Source of the DNA: Escherichia coli | Lineage (GTDB): Bacteria > Pseudomonadota > Gammaproteobacteria > Enterobacterales > Enterobacteriaceae | Strand: one strand, 5' to 3' | Assembly: GCF_003334335.1 (NCBI RefSeq) | Contig: NZ_QOWQ01000022.1 | DNA length: 64,000 bases | The notes under the pieces: generated by a model | What the model was told of the DNA's origin: nothing | The model's input: only the letters and a program-made list of their open reading frames with translations | Databases searched by the model: none | Translations under genes and position numbers: made by a program | Shown: in pieces, positions 52,131 to 62,500 of the stretch | Layout of the letters: every line of letters begins with the position of its first letter | Position numbering within the stretch: the stretch's first letter is position 1

Positions 52131-52673
52131 ATGAAGAAAAAAACGATATTTCAGTGCGTTATCTTGTTCTTTAGCATTCTTAACATCCATGTCGGGATGG
52201 CTGGGCCTGAACAAGTTAGTATGCATATTTATGGGAATGTGGTCGATCAGGGCTGTGATGTCGCCACCAAAAGTGCATTACAAAATATTCGTATTGGTGA
52301 TTTTAATATCAGTGATTTTCAGGCTGCGAATACCGTAAGCACTGCTGCTGATTTGAATATCGATATCACCGGTTGTGCCGCTGGTATTACTGGCGCGGAC
52401 GTCCTTTTTAGCGGCGAGGCTGACACCCTTGCGCCGACACTGCTCAAACTAACTGACACAGGCGGAAGCGGTGGTATGGCAACGGGGATTGCCGTGCAAA
52501 TTCTTGATGCGCAAAGTCAGCAAGAAATCCCGCTCAATCAGGTCCAGCCTCTTACGCCCTTAAAAGCCGGGGATAACACACTCAAATATCAACTTCGTTA
52601 TAAGTCCACAAAGGCGGGAGCAACGGGCGGTAATGCGACGGCGGTTCTCTATTTTGATCTGGTTTACCAGTGA
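52131..52673 (+). CDS. ycbU: fimbrial subunit-like protein, 180 aa
   Basis: ORF 52131..52673(+); signal peptide; pilin-like C-terminus ...YFDLVYQ. Confidence 0.85.
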   Translation: MKKKTIFQCVILFFSILNIHVGMAGPEQVSMHIYGNVVDQGCDVATKSALQNIRIGDFNISDFQAANTVSTAADLNIDITGCAAGITGADVLFSGEADTLAPTLLKLTDTGGSGGMATGIAVQILDAQSQQEIPLNQVQPLTPLKAGDNTLKYQLRYKSTKAGATGGNATAVLYFDLVYQ

Positions 52674-52680
52674 AGGAGTG

Positions 52681-53196
52681 ATGTTGAAACGGATAATCTG
52701 GATTCTGTTCTTACTGGGATTAACGGGGGGCTGTGAGCTATTTGCCCATGATGGCACGGTCAACATTAGCGGATCGTTTCGCCGTAATACATGCGTGCTG
52801 GCACAGGATAGCAAGCAAATCAATGTGCAGTTAGGCGATGTCTCGCTGACACGTTTTTTTCATGGGAATTATGGCCCGGAGAAATCTTTCATCATTAATT
52901 TGCAGGATTGCGGAACAGATGTCAGCACGGTTGACGTCACCTTTTCAGGAACCCCCGACGGAGTGCAGAGCGAAATGCTGTCCATTGAAAGTGGTACGGA
53001 TGCAGCCAGCGGGCTGGCAATTGCGATTCTGGATGATGCGAAGATATTGATTCCGCTTAACCAGGCGAGTAAAGACTACAGCCTACATAGCGGTAAGGTG
53101 CCATTAACTTTTTATGCGCAATTGCGACCTGTCAATAGCGATGTGCAGTCGGGTAAAGTGAATGCCAGCGCGACATTTGTACTTCATTATGACTAA
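52681..53196 (+). CDS. ycbV: fimbrial subunit-like protein, 171 aa
   Basis: ORF 52633..53196(+) trimmed to the ATG at 52681 preceded by AAGGAG; pilin-like C-terminus. Confidence 0.8.
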   Translation: MLKRIIWILFLLGLTGGCELFAHDGTVNISGSFRRNTCVLAQDSKQINVQLGDVSLTRFFHGNYGPEKSFIINLQDCGTDVSTVDVTFSGTPDGVQSEMLSIESGTDAASGLAIAILDDAKILIPLNQASKDYSLHSGKVPLTFYAQLRPVNSDVQSGKVNASATFVLHYD

Positions 53197-53899
53197 TACG
53201 TGGAACAGATTGGCGCTCTTGATTTTCGCCGTTTTATCGCTGCTGGTGGCGGGTGAATTGCGGGCAGGAGTGGTGGTCGGCGGAACGCGATTTATCTTTC
53301 CGGCAGACAGAGAATCGATATCTATTTTACTGACTAATACCAGTCAGGAATCCTGGCTTATTAACAGTAAAATCAACCGCCCAACGCGTTGGGCCGGGGG
53401 GGAAGCGTCGACAGTGCCAGCACCATTACTGGCCGCTCCGCCACTTATTCTCCTGAAGCCCGGTACTACAGGCACGTTGCGCTTGCTGAGAACGGAAAGC
53501 GACATCTTGCCTGTGGATCGCGAAACGCTATTTGAGTTAAGCATTGCCAGCGTGCCATCCGGCAAAGTTGAAAATCAGAGCGTAAAAGTGGCGATGCGCT
53601 CGGTATTTAAACTGTTCTGGCGACCCGAAGGTTTGCCGGGCGACCCGCTGGAAGCTTATCAACAATTACGCTGGACACGGAATTCGCAGGGTGTACAACT
53701 CACTAACCCAACGCCTTACTACATTAACCTGATTCAGGTGAGCGTAAATGGTAAAGCGTTAAGTAATGCGGGAGTTGTGCCGCCTAAAAGCCAGCGTCAG
53801 ACAAGCTGGTGTCAGGCAATCGCACCGTGTCATGTCGCCTGGCGGGCGATAAATGATTACGGCGGGTTGAGTGCAAAGAAGGAGCAAAATCTGCCCTGA
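53189..53899 (+). CDS. ycbF: second periplasmic fimbrial chaperone-like protein, about 236 aa
   Basis: ORF 53162..53899(+) trimmed to MTNTWNRLALLIF; PapD-like. Confidence 0.8.
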   Translation: MTNTWNRLALLIFAVLSLLVAGELRAGVVVGGTRFIFPADRESISILLTNTSQESWLINSKINRPTRWAGGEASTVPAPLLAAPPLILLKPGTTGTLRLLRTESDILPVDRETLFELSIASVPSGKVENQSVKVAMRSVFKLFWRPEGLPGDPLEAYQQLRWTRNSQGVQLTNPTPYYINLIQVSVNGKALSNAGVVPPKSQRQTSWCQAIAPCHVAWRAINDYGGLSAKKEQNLP

Positions 53900-54009
53900 A
53901 ACAGGTTCGGAAAACGTTTGCGTTTTTTTTGCCGCAGGTCAATTCCCTTTTGGTCCGAACTCGCACATAATACGCCCCCGGTTTGCACACCGGGAATCCA
54001 GGAGAGTTC

Positions 54010-55020
54010 ATGTACTACCCCTTCGTTCGTAAAGCCCTTTTCCAGCTCGATCCAGAGCGCGCTCATGAGTTTACTTTTCAGCAATTACGCCGTATTACAG
54101 GAACGCCGTTTGAAGCACTGGTGCGGCAGAAAGTGCCTGCGAAACCTGTTAACTGCATGGGCCTGACGTTTAAAAATCCGCTTGGTCTGGCAGCCGGTCT
54201 TGATAAAGACGGGGAGTGCATTGACGCGTTAGGCGCGATGGGATTTGGATCGATCGAGATCGGTACCGTCACGCCACGTCCACAGCCAGGTAATGACAAG
54301 CCGCGTCTCTTTCGTCTGGTAGATGCCGAAGGTTTGATCAACCGTATGGGCTTTAATAATCTTGGCGTTGATAACCTCGTAGAGAACGTAAAAAAGGCCC
54401 ATTATGACGGCGTCCTGGGTATTAACATCGGCAAAAATAAAGATACGCCAGTGGAGCAGGGCAAAGATGACTATCTGATTTGTATGGAAAAAATCTATGC
54501 CTATGCGGGATATATCGCCATCAATATTTCATCGCCGAATACCCCAGGATTACGCACGCTGCAATATGGTGAAGCGCTGGATGATCTCTTAACCGCGATT
54601 AAAAATAAGCAAAATGATTTGCAAGCGATGCACCATAAATATGTGCCGATCGCAGTGAAGATCGCGCCGGATCTTTCTGAAGAAGAATTGATCCAGGTTG
54701 CCGATAGTTTAGTTCGCCATAATATTGATGGCGTTATTGCAACCAATACCACACTCGATCGTTCTCTTGTTCAGGGAATGAAAAATTGCGATCAAACCGG
54801 TGGCTTAAGTGGTCGTCCGCTTCAGTTAAAAAGCACCGAAATTATTCGCCGCTTGTCACTGGAATTAAACGGTCGCTTACCGATCATCGGTGTTGGCGGC
54901 ATCGACTCGGTTATCGCTGCGCGTGAAAAGATTGCTGCGGGTGCCTCACTGGTGCAAATTTATTCTGGTTTTATTTTTAAAGGTCCGCCGCTGATTAAAG
55001 AAATCGTTACCCATATCTAA
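54010..55020 (+). CDS. pyrD: dihydroorotate dehydrogenase (quinone), 336 aa
   Basis: ORF 53983..55020(+) trimmed to [23 protein letters not shown] at 54001-54005. Confidence 0.95.
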
Positions 55021-55193
55021 TTATTTCTTCGAATTCCTCTTTATAAGATAATCAGGGCTTTATTTTCAGCCCTGGTTGTTTTATATTCATCTCTGTTGCT
55101 TATTTAGACATTTTGTACTTTTATTGTTGAGGTTATTAAGCGAAGCGACAATGGATTGTGTTGCTGCGGTTTTATAGGGTAGGGGAGAGGCAG

Positions 55194-55736
55194 ATGCGAA
55201 TTAAACCAGACGATAACTGGCGTTGGTATTACGATGAAGAGCACGATCGAATGATGCTCGATTTAGCCAATGGTATGCTATTTCGCTCACGTTTTGCGCG
55301 CAAGATGTTGACTCCAGATGCCTTTTCTCCCGCAGGCTTTTGCGTTGACGACGCCGCGCTCTATTTCTCTTTTGAAGAAAAGTGCCGCGATTTTAATTTA
55401 TCTAAAGAACAAAAAGCCGAACTGGTGCTGAATGCACTGGTAGCAATTCGCTATCTCAAACCGCAAATGCCGAAAAGCTGGCATTTTGTTTCCCATGGTG
55501 AAATGTGGGTGCCCATGCCGGGCGATGCGGCCTGCGTTTGGTTGAGCGATACTCACGAGCAGGTCAATTTGCTGGTCGTTGAATCTGGCGAAAATGCCGC
55601 ACTATGCCTGCTGGCACAACCCTGCGTTGTTATTGAGGGTCGCGCGATGCAGTTGGGCGACGCCATTAAAATCATGAACGACAGGCTGAAACCGCAGGTT
55701 AATGTTGACAGCTTCAGCCTCGAACAGGCAGTCTAA
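55194..55736 (+). CDS. zapC: FtsZ-associated cell division protein ZapC, 180 aa
   Basis: ORF 55158..55736(+) trimmed to [18 protein letters not shown]. Confidence 0.88.
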
Positions 55737-56842
55737 CGCGCCAACTTAAGTGCAGTCTTCGGTACACAGCTACAGCAAAGAATGGTGCCATCATCGCCCA
55801 TTGCTGATTTTTTCAGCGGCGTGACTTCGCCTTCTAAAAGCTGAACACGGCAACTTCCACAAATGCCCGCGCGGCAAGAATAAGGGATACGAATTCCCTG
55901 ATTTTCTAATTGCTCCAGCAACACCTGTTGGTTATTTCCACGAAATGCCTGTCCCTGCCAGTCAATATCTACATTTGCGTCCGGTTGTTGCGTGATGTTG
56001 GCGGTATCATCAGCGGCAGCTGCGCCGTAAATTTTTGCCGGAGCCGTTGCCAGAATTTCCACCTCATCGCCAACGCGAATCACGCCGCTATTACGGGCAA
56101 TTAAATTCTGACCAAAATCGACATCGCCGTTATCCTGGGCAGTGCGGAAAGATTGCAATGTTTTTAATGGTTCGCCTGCCGGATGTTTTTGCCCTTTTTC
56201 TGGGCTGACGGTGGTGAAAATACAGCGGCTACAAGGTTTAACCACATCAAACACCACATCACCAATGCGAATCACTTTCCAGCGATCTTCTTCCCAGGCT
56301 GACGCGCCGGAAACCACCAGATTGGGGCGGAATTGCTCCATTTTTACACTGGCCGGACAACGTTGTTGGAGATCACGTAACGAGGCTTCGTTAGCAAGAA
56401 GGTAAGGATAGCCATCAGCAAATGACAGAGGTACAGTGTTGTGGCGTTTCACGCGCCGGGTCATTTGTGGCCCCACCCAGCGTAATTGCACTTCGCGGGA
56501 GAAAAATCCACTTAGCCATTTGTTGATCGCGTCTGGCGCAATTCGCGCGGTAAAATGTGTGCCCCAAACTTCGGTTGGTGCGTCTTGTGTGGCGAAATCA
56601 GCAAAACGAACATATGCGCTACTGCCATCTGGTGCGGTGAGATGCAAGCCATCATGCACAGGTGAAGGAGTAAACCGTACCATCTGGGGAAACTGGCGAG
56701 CGGTAATAAACGTACCGTCAGGTTCCGTGATCATAAAGATGCGATCGAAGGCCAGACCACTGACATCTGCCAGAGCATGTGTAAGACCAATGCCGCGCAT
56801 CGATTTAACAGGATGAATAAAAAGCCGGATTAATGTCGCCAC
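55733..56842 (-). CDS. ycbX: MOSC-domain protein with C-terminal 2Fe-2S ferredoxin-like domain, 369 aa
   Basis: ORF 55733..56842(-); C-terminal CRAGICGSC...CCSC cysteine cluster. Confidence 0.9.
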
Positions 56843-57085
56843 GGTGCGGTCCTCAAATGAAAATAAGCCCTCAACTTTATGACATGACGCGCTTATTAGC
56901 TATAATGCGCAACAATTTTCTTAGCGCCTGTCCCATTAGGCTATTTTATTTGTCAGTTTGGCCCTGGGTTATGCTCGAAATCCTCACGTACTTGTGTACG
57001 CTCCGGTTTCTCCGCGCTGTCCATGTCCAGACTGACTGCAACAATTACGCCTACTGCGGTAGGCTCTTAGAGTAAAAGTGACGAT

Positions 57086-59194
57086 ATGAATTCTCTGTTT
57101 GCCAGTACGGCCCGTGGGCTGGAAGAGCTGTTAAAAACTGAACTGGAAAACCTGGGGGCCGTTGAATGCCAGGTGGTTCAGGGTGGGGTCCATTTCAAGG
57201 GCGACACACGGCTTGTTTACCAGAGCCTGATGTGGAGCCGCCTGGCCTCGCGTATTATGTTGCCGCTGGGCGAGTGTAAGGTTTACAGCGATTTAGACCT
57301 CTATCTCGGTGTTCAGGCGATCAACTGGACAGAGATGTTTAATCCTGGCGCGACCTTCGCTGTCCACTTCAGTGGTTTGAATGACACCATCCGCAACAGT
57401 CAGTACGGCGCGATGAAAGTGAAAGACGCGATCGTCGATGCTTTCACGCGGAAAAATCTGCCGCGTCCAAATGTTGATCGCGATGCGCCGGATATCCGCG
57501 TTAACGTCTGGCTGCATAAAGAAACCGCCAGTATCGCTCTTGATCTGAGTGGTGATGGTTTACATCTGCGTGGCTATCGCGATCGTGCTGGTATTGCGCC
57601 GATCAAAGAAACCCTGGCAGCCGCTATTGTGATGCGATCCGGCTGGCAGCCAGGAACACCGCTGCTCGATCCGATGTGTGGTTCCGGTACGTTGCTGATT
57701 GAAGCAGCGATGCTGGCGACCGATCGCGCACCTGGCTTGCACCGTGGGCGTTGGGGCTTTAGCGGCTGGGCGCAGCATGATGAAGCTATCTGGCAGGAAG
57801 TGAAAGCGGAAGCGCAAACTCGCGCCCGTAAAGGCCTGGCTGAGTATAGCTCTCATTTTTACGGTTCGGACAGCGACGCACGGGTGATTCAACGTGCGCG
57901 CACTAACGCCCGTCTTGCGGGGATTGGTGAACTGATCACCTTTGAGGTGAAAGATGTCGCGCAACTGACCAATCCGCTGCCGAAAGGGCCGTACGGTACA
58001 GTGTTGAGCAACCCGCCATACGGTGAACGTCTGGACAGCGAACCGGCGCTGATAGCGCTGCATAGTCTGCTGGGCCGAATCATGAAAAACCAGTTCGGTG
58101 GCTGGAATCTCTCTTTGTTTAGTGCCTCGCCGGATCTGCTCAGCTGCCTGCAGCTGCGTGCAGACAAACAGTACAAGGCGAAAAACGGCCCGCTGGACTG
58201 CGTACAGAAAAATTACCACGTTGCCGAAAGCACTCCAGACAGCAAACCGGCGATGGTAGCGGAAGACTACGCTAACCGCCTGCGTAAGAACCTCAAAAAA
58301 TTCGAGAAGTGGGCTCGCCAGGAAGGGATTGAATGTTACCGCCTGTATGACGCCGATCTGCCGGAATATAACGTTGCCGTTGACCGTTATGCCGACTGGG
58401 TGGTGGTGCAGGAGTATGCGCCGCCAAAAACTATTGATGCGCACAAAGCGCGTCAGCGTCTGTTCGATATTATCGCTGCAACCATTTCGGTACTGGGGAT
58501 TGCGCCAAACAAACTGGTGCTGAAAACCCGTGAACGCCAGAAGGGCAAAAATCAGTACCAGAAACTGGGCGAGAAGGGCGAGTTTCTCGAAGTCACCGAA
58601 TATAACGCTCACTTGTGGGTGAACCTGACGGATTACCTCGATACCGGTCTGTTCCTCGATCACCGTATCGCCCGTCGTATGCTCGGTCAGATGAGCAAAG
58701 GCAAAGATTTCCTCAACCTGTTCTCTTATACCGGCAGCGCCACCGTGCACGCGGGATTAGGCGGTGCACGCAGCACCACCACCGTGGATATGTCGCGTAC
58801 TTATCTGGAGTGGGCAGAACGCAACCTGCGTCTGAATGGCCTGACCGGGCGTGCGCATCGCCTGATTCAGGCCGATTGCCTGGCGTGGCTGCGTGAGGCA
58901 AATGAACAGTTCGATCTGATCTTTATCGATCCGCCAACCTTCTCTAACTCAAAACGAATGGAAGATGCGTTTGATGTTCAGCGCGATCATCTGGCGCTGA
59001 TGAAAGATTTGAAACGTCTGCTGCGTGCTGGTGGGACGATCATGTTCTCGAACAACAAACGTGGCTTCCGTATGGATCTCGACGGCCTGGCAAAACTGGG
59101 ACTGAAAGCACAAGAAATTACGCAAAAAACGCTCTCCCAGGATTTCGCCCGTAACCGCCAGATCCACAACTGCTGGCTGATTACCGCAGCCTGA
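57086..59194 (+). CDS. rlmL: bifunctional 23S rRNA methyltransferase (m2G2445/m7G2069), 702 aa
   Basis: ORF 57086..59194(+); two methyltransferase modules (NPPYGER motif). Confidence 0.95.
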   Translation: MNSLFASTARGLEELLKTELENLGAVECQVVQGGVHFKGDTRLVYQSLMWSRLASRIMLPLGECKVYSDLDLYLGVQAINWTEMFNPGATFAVHFSGLNDTIRNSQYGAMKVKDAIVDAFTRKNLPRPNVDRDAPDIRVNVWLHKETASIALDLSGDGLHLRGYRDRAGIAPIKETLAAAIVMRSGWQPGTPLLDPMCGSGTLLIEAAMLATDRAPGLHRGRWGFSGWAQHDEAIWQEVKAEAQTRARKGLAEYSSHFYGSDSDARVIQRARTNARLAGIGELITFEVKDVAQLTNPLPKGPYGTVLSNPPYGERLDSEPALIALHSLLGRIMKNQFGGWNLSLFSASPDLLSCLQLRADKQYKAKNGPLDCVQKNYHVAESTPDSKPAMVAEDYANRLRKNLKKFEKWARQEGIECYRLYDADLPEYNVAVDRYADWVVVQEYAPPKTIDAHKARQRLFDIIAATISVLGIAPNKLVLKTRERQKGKNQYQKLGEKGEFLEVTEYNAHLWVNLTDYLDTGLFLDHRIARRMLGQMSKGKDFLNLFSYTGSATVHAGLGGARSTTTVDMSRTYLEWAERNLRLNGLTGRAHRLIQADCLAWLREANEQFDLIFIDPPTFSNSKRMEDAFDVQRDHLALMKDLKRLLRAGGTIMFSNNKRGFRMDLDGLAKLGLKAQEITQKTLSQDFARNRQIHNCWLITAA

Positions 59195-59205
59195 AAGGAA
59201 TAGTA

Positions 59206-61113
59206 ATGTCATTAATCAGTATGCATGGCGCATGGCTGTCGTTCAGCGACGCGCCGCTTCTCGATAACGCAGAACTGCATATCGAAGATAACGAACGTGT
59301 TTGTCTGGTGGGCCGCAACGGCGCAGGCAAATCGACGTTAATGAAAATCCTCAACCGTGAACAAGGGCTGGATGACGGTCGCATTATTTACGAGCAGGAT
59401 TTGATTGTAGCGCGTCTGCAACAGGATCCGCCGCGTAACGTTGAGGGTAGTGTTTATGATTTCGTTGCCGAAGGCATTGAAGAACAAGCGGAATATCTGA
59501 AACGCTATCACGATATTTCTCGCCTGGTGATGAACGACCCGAGCGAGAAAAATCTCAACGAACTGGCAAAGGTTCAGGAACAGCTGGATCACCACAACCT
59601 GTGGCAGCTGGAAAACCGCATCAACGAAGTGCTGGCGCAACTGGGGTTAGATCCTAACGTTGCGCTGTCGTCGCTTTCCGGCGGCTGGTTGCGTAAAGCG
59701 GCATTAGGACGCGCGCTGGTGAGCAATCCGCGCGTATTGCTGCTGGACGAACCGACTAACCACCTGGATATCGAAACCATCGACTGGCTGGAAGGGTTCC
59801 TCAAAACCTTCAATGGGACGATTATTTTCATCTCCCACGACCGTTCGTTTATCCGCAATATGGCGACGCGCATTGTTGATCTCGATCGCGGCAAGCTGGT
59901 GACCTATCCGGGCAATTACGATCAGTACCTGCTGGAAAAAGAAGAAGCCCTGCGCGTGGAAGAACTACAAAATGCCGAGTTCGATCGCAAACTGGCGCAG
60001 GAAGAAGTGTGGATTCGGCAGGGGATCAAAGCACGCCGTACCCGTAATGAAGGCCGCGTACGCGCCCTGAAAGCGATGCGTCGCGAGCGGGGCGAACGTC
60101 GCGAAGTGATGGGTACCGCAAAGATGCAGGTGGAAGAGGCCAGCCGCTCCGGTAAGATCGTTTTCGAAATGGAAGACGTTTGCTATCAGGTTGACGGTAA
60201 GCAACTGGTGAAAGATTTTTCTGCCCAGGTTCTACGTGGCGACAAAATTGCCCTGATTGGTCCGAATGGGTGCGGCAAAACCACGCTGCTGAAACTGATG
60301 CTCGGTCAGCTTCAAGCAGACAGCGGGCGTATTCACGTTGGCACCAAACTGGAAGTGGCTTATTTCGATCAGCACCGCGCGGAACTGGATCCCGATAAAA
60401 CGGTGATGGATAACCTTGCCGAAGGTAAGCAAGAGGTGATGGTTAACGGCAAGCCACGCCACGTATTGGGCTATTTGCAGGACTTCCTGTTCCATCCAAA
60501 ACGGGCGATGACGCCGGTACGTGCGCTTTCTGGCGGTGAGCGTAACCGTTTGTTGTTGGCGCGTTTGTTCCTCAAACCAAGCAACTTATTGATTCTTGAC
60601 GAACCGACCAACGATCTTGATGTCGAAACGCTGGAACTGCTGGAAGAACTGATCGACAGCTATCAGGGCACGGTATTGCTGGTTAGCCACGATCGTCAGT
60701 TTGTCGATAACACCGTTACAGAATGCTGGATCTTCGAAGGCGGCGGTAAAATTGGTCGTTATGTCGGCGGTTATCATGATGCCCGTGGTCAGCAAGAGCA
60801 GTATGTGGCGCTCAAACAGCCTGCGGTGAAAAAAACCGAAGAAGCCGCCGCGGCAAAAGCAGAAACTGTAAAACGCAGCAGTAGCAAACTAAGCTATAAA
60901 TTGCAGCGCGAACTGGAGCAGCTACCGCAATTGCTCGAAGATCTGGAGGCGAAGCTGGAAGCCCTACAGACGCAGGTGGCGGATGCTTCCTTCTTCAGTC
61001 AGCCACATGAGCAGACACAAAAAGTGCTCGCCGATATGGCTGCTGCAGAGCAGGAGTTGGAGCAAGCCTTTGAACGCTGGGAGTATCTTGAAGCGTTAAA
61101 AAATGGTGGCTGA
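59206..61113 (+). CDS. uup: ABC-F family ATPase Uup, 635 aa
   Basis: ORF 59206..61113(+); two Walker A motifs (GRNGAGKST, GPNGCGKTT) and C-terminal coiled coil. Confidence 0.96.
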   Translation: MSLISMHGAWLSFSDAPLLDNAELHIEDNERVCLVGRNGAGKSTLMKILNREQGLDDGRIIYEQDLIVARLQQDPPRNVEGSVYDFVAEGIEEQAEYLKRYHDISRLVMNDPSEKNLNELAKVQEQLDHHNLWQLENRINEVLAQLGLDPNVALSSLSGGWLRKAALGRALVSNPRVLLLDEPTNHLDIETIDWLEGFLKTFNGTIIFISHDRSFIRNMATRIVDLDRGKLVTYPGNYDQYLLEKEEALRVEELQNAEFDRKLAQEEVWIRQGIKARRTRNEGRVRALKAMRRERGERREVMGTAKMQVEEASRSGKIVFEMEDVCYQVDGKQLVKDFSAQVLRGDKIALIGPNGCGKTTLLKLMLGQLQADSGRIHVGTKLEVAYFDQHRAELDPDKTVMDNLAEGKQEVMVNGKPRHVLGYLQDFLFHPKRAMTPVRALSGGERNRLLLARLFLKPSNLLILDEPTNDLDVETLELLEELIDSYQGTVLLVSHDRQFVDNTVTECWIFEGGGKIGRYVGGYHDARGQQEQYVALKQPAVKKTEEAAAAKAETVKRSSSKLSYKLQRELEQLPQLLEDLEAKLEALQTQVADASFFSQPHEQTQKVLADMAAAEQELEQAFERWEYLEALKNGG

Positions 61114-61242
61114 TCGCAAAATAGTCGATTTAAACAGAGACAGCTGACAACGGTAAAATTGCCTGATGAACTGGGTTTATCAGGCATGAAAAACAACACT
61201 TTGTTAGTCATCTGTAAAATAGCGCATCATTAAGGAGTACCA

Positions 61243-62496
61243 ATGTGCGAACATCATCATGCCGCGAAGCACATCCTGTGCTCGCAGTGTGACATGCTGG
61301 TGGCGTTACCGCGCCTTGAGCATGGTCAGAAAGCGGCATGTCCCCGGTGTGGCACAACGTTAACCGTGGCGTGGGATGCCCCTCGGCAGCGTCCGACCGC
61401 CTATGCGTTGGCTGCACTGTTCATGCTGTTGCTGTCCAACTTGTTTCCTTTTGTGAATATGAACGTTGCAGGAGTTACCAGTGAAATAACATTACTGGAA
61501 ATTCCCGGCGTGCTTTTTTCTGAGGACTACGCCAGCCTCGGCACCTTTTTCCTGTTGTTTGTGCAACTGGTTCCAGCGTTTTGTCTGATAACCATTCTGT
61601 TACTGGTGAATCGCGCGGAATTACCGGTCCGTTTAAAAGAGCAACTGGCACGGGTGCTTTTTCAACTCAAAACCTGGGGAATGGCGGAGATTTTCCTCGC
61701 GGGTGTGCTGGTCAGTTTCGTTAAACTGATGGCTTACGGCAGCATTGGCGTAGGCAGCAGCTTTCTCCCCTGGTGTTTATTTTGTGTCCTGCAACTGCGT
61801 GCTTTTCAGTGCGTTGATCGTCGCTGGTTATGGGACGATATCGCCCCGATGCCAGAACTGCGCCAGCCGCTAAAACCAGGCGTCACGGGGATACGTCAGG
61901 GGCTGCGTTCATGCTCCTGTTGTACGGCAATCCTTCCTGCTGATGAACCCGTGTGCCCGCGTTGTAGTACCAAAGGGTACGTTCGGCGTAGAAACAGCCT
62001 GCAATGGACACTCGCGCTGCTTGTTACGTCCATCATGCTGTATCTTCCGGCTAATATTTTGCCCATCATGGTGACGGATTTATTAGGCTCGAAGATGCCA
62101 TCGACGATTCTCGCTGGGGTCATCCTGTTATGGAGCGAAGGCTCTTATCCCGTCGCTGCGGTGATCTTTCTGGCCAGTATTATGGTGCCAACGTTAAAGA
62201 TGATCGCCATCGCGTGGCTGTGTTGGGATGCCAAAGGGCATGGCAAGCGCGACAGTGAAAGAATGCATTTGATTTATGAAGTTGTTGAGTTTGTAGGCCG
62301 CTGGTCGATGATTGACGTTTTCGTTATCGCGGTGCTCTCGGCGCTGGTGCGTATGGGAGGTTTAATGAGTATTTATCCGGCAATGGGTGCATTAATGTTT
62401 GCTTTAGTCGTCATAATGACAATGTTTTCTGCTATGACGTTTGACCCGCGTTTGTCGTGGGATCGTCAACCTGAATCAGAGCATGAGGAGTCCTGA
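61243..62496 (+). CDS. pqiA: paraquat-inducible inner membrane protein A, 417 aa
   Basis: ORF 61243..62496(+); two CxxC...CxxC motifs and polytopic segments. Confidence 0.93.
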   Translation: MCEHHHAAKHILCSQCDMLVALPRLEHGQKAACPRCGTTLTVAWDAPRQRPTAYALAALFMLLLSNLFPFVNMNVAGVTSEITLLEIPGVLFSEDYASLGTFFLLFVQLVPAFCLITILLLVNRAELPVRLKEQLARVLFQLKTWGMAEIFLAGVLVSFVKLMAYGSIGVGSSFLPWCLFCVLQLRAFQCVDRRWLWDDIAPMPELRQPLKPGVTGIRQGLRSCSCCTAILPADEPVCPRCSTKGYVRRRNSLQWTLALLVTSIMLYLPANILPIMVTDLLGSKMPSTILAGVILLWSEGSYPVAAVIFLASIMVPTLKMIAIAWLCWDAKGHGKRDSERMHLIYEVVEFVGRWSMIDVFVIAVLSALVRMGGLMSIYPAMGALMFALVVIMTMFSAMTFDPRLSWDRQPESEHEES

Positions 62497-62500
62497 CAGT

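Noticed and set aside
57560-58750. 396-aa minus-strand ORF inside rlmL
   Set aside because: Antisense to rlmL; no ribosome-binding site or conserved motif; shadow ORF.
61159-61188. Inverted repeat TGCCTGAT...ATCAGGCA after uup, considered as a terminator or a SoxS/MarA box for pqiA
   Set aside because: The hairpin has a long loop and no U-tract, and I could not match a marbox consensus with confidence; left unannotated.
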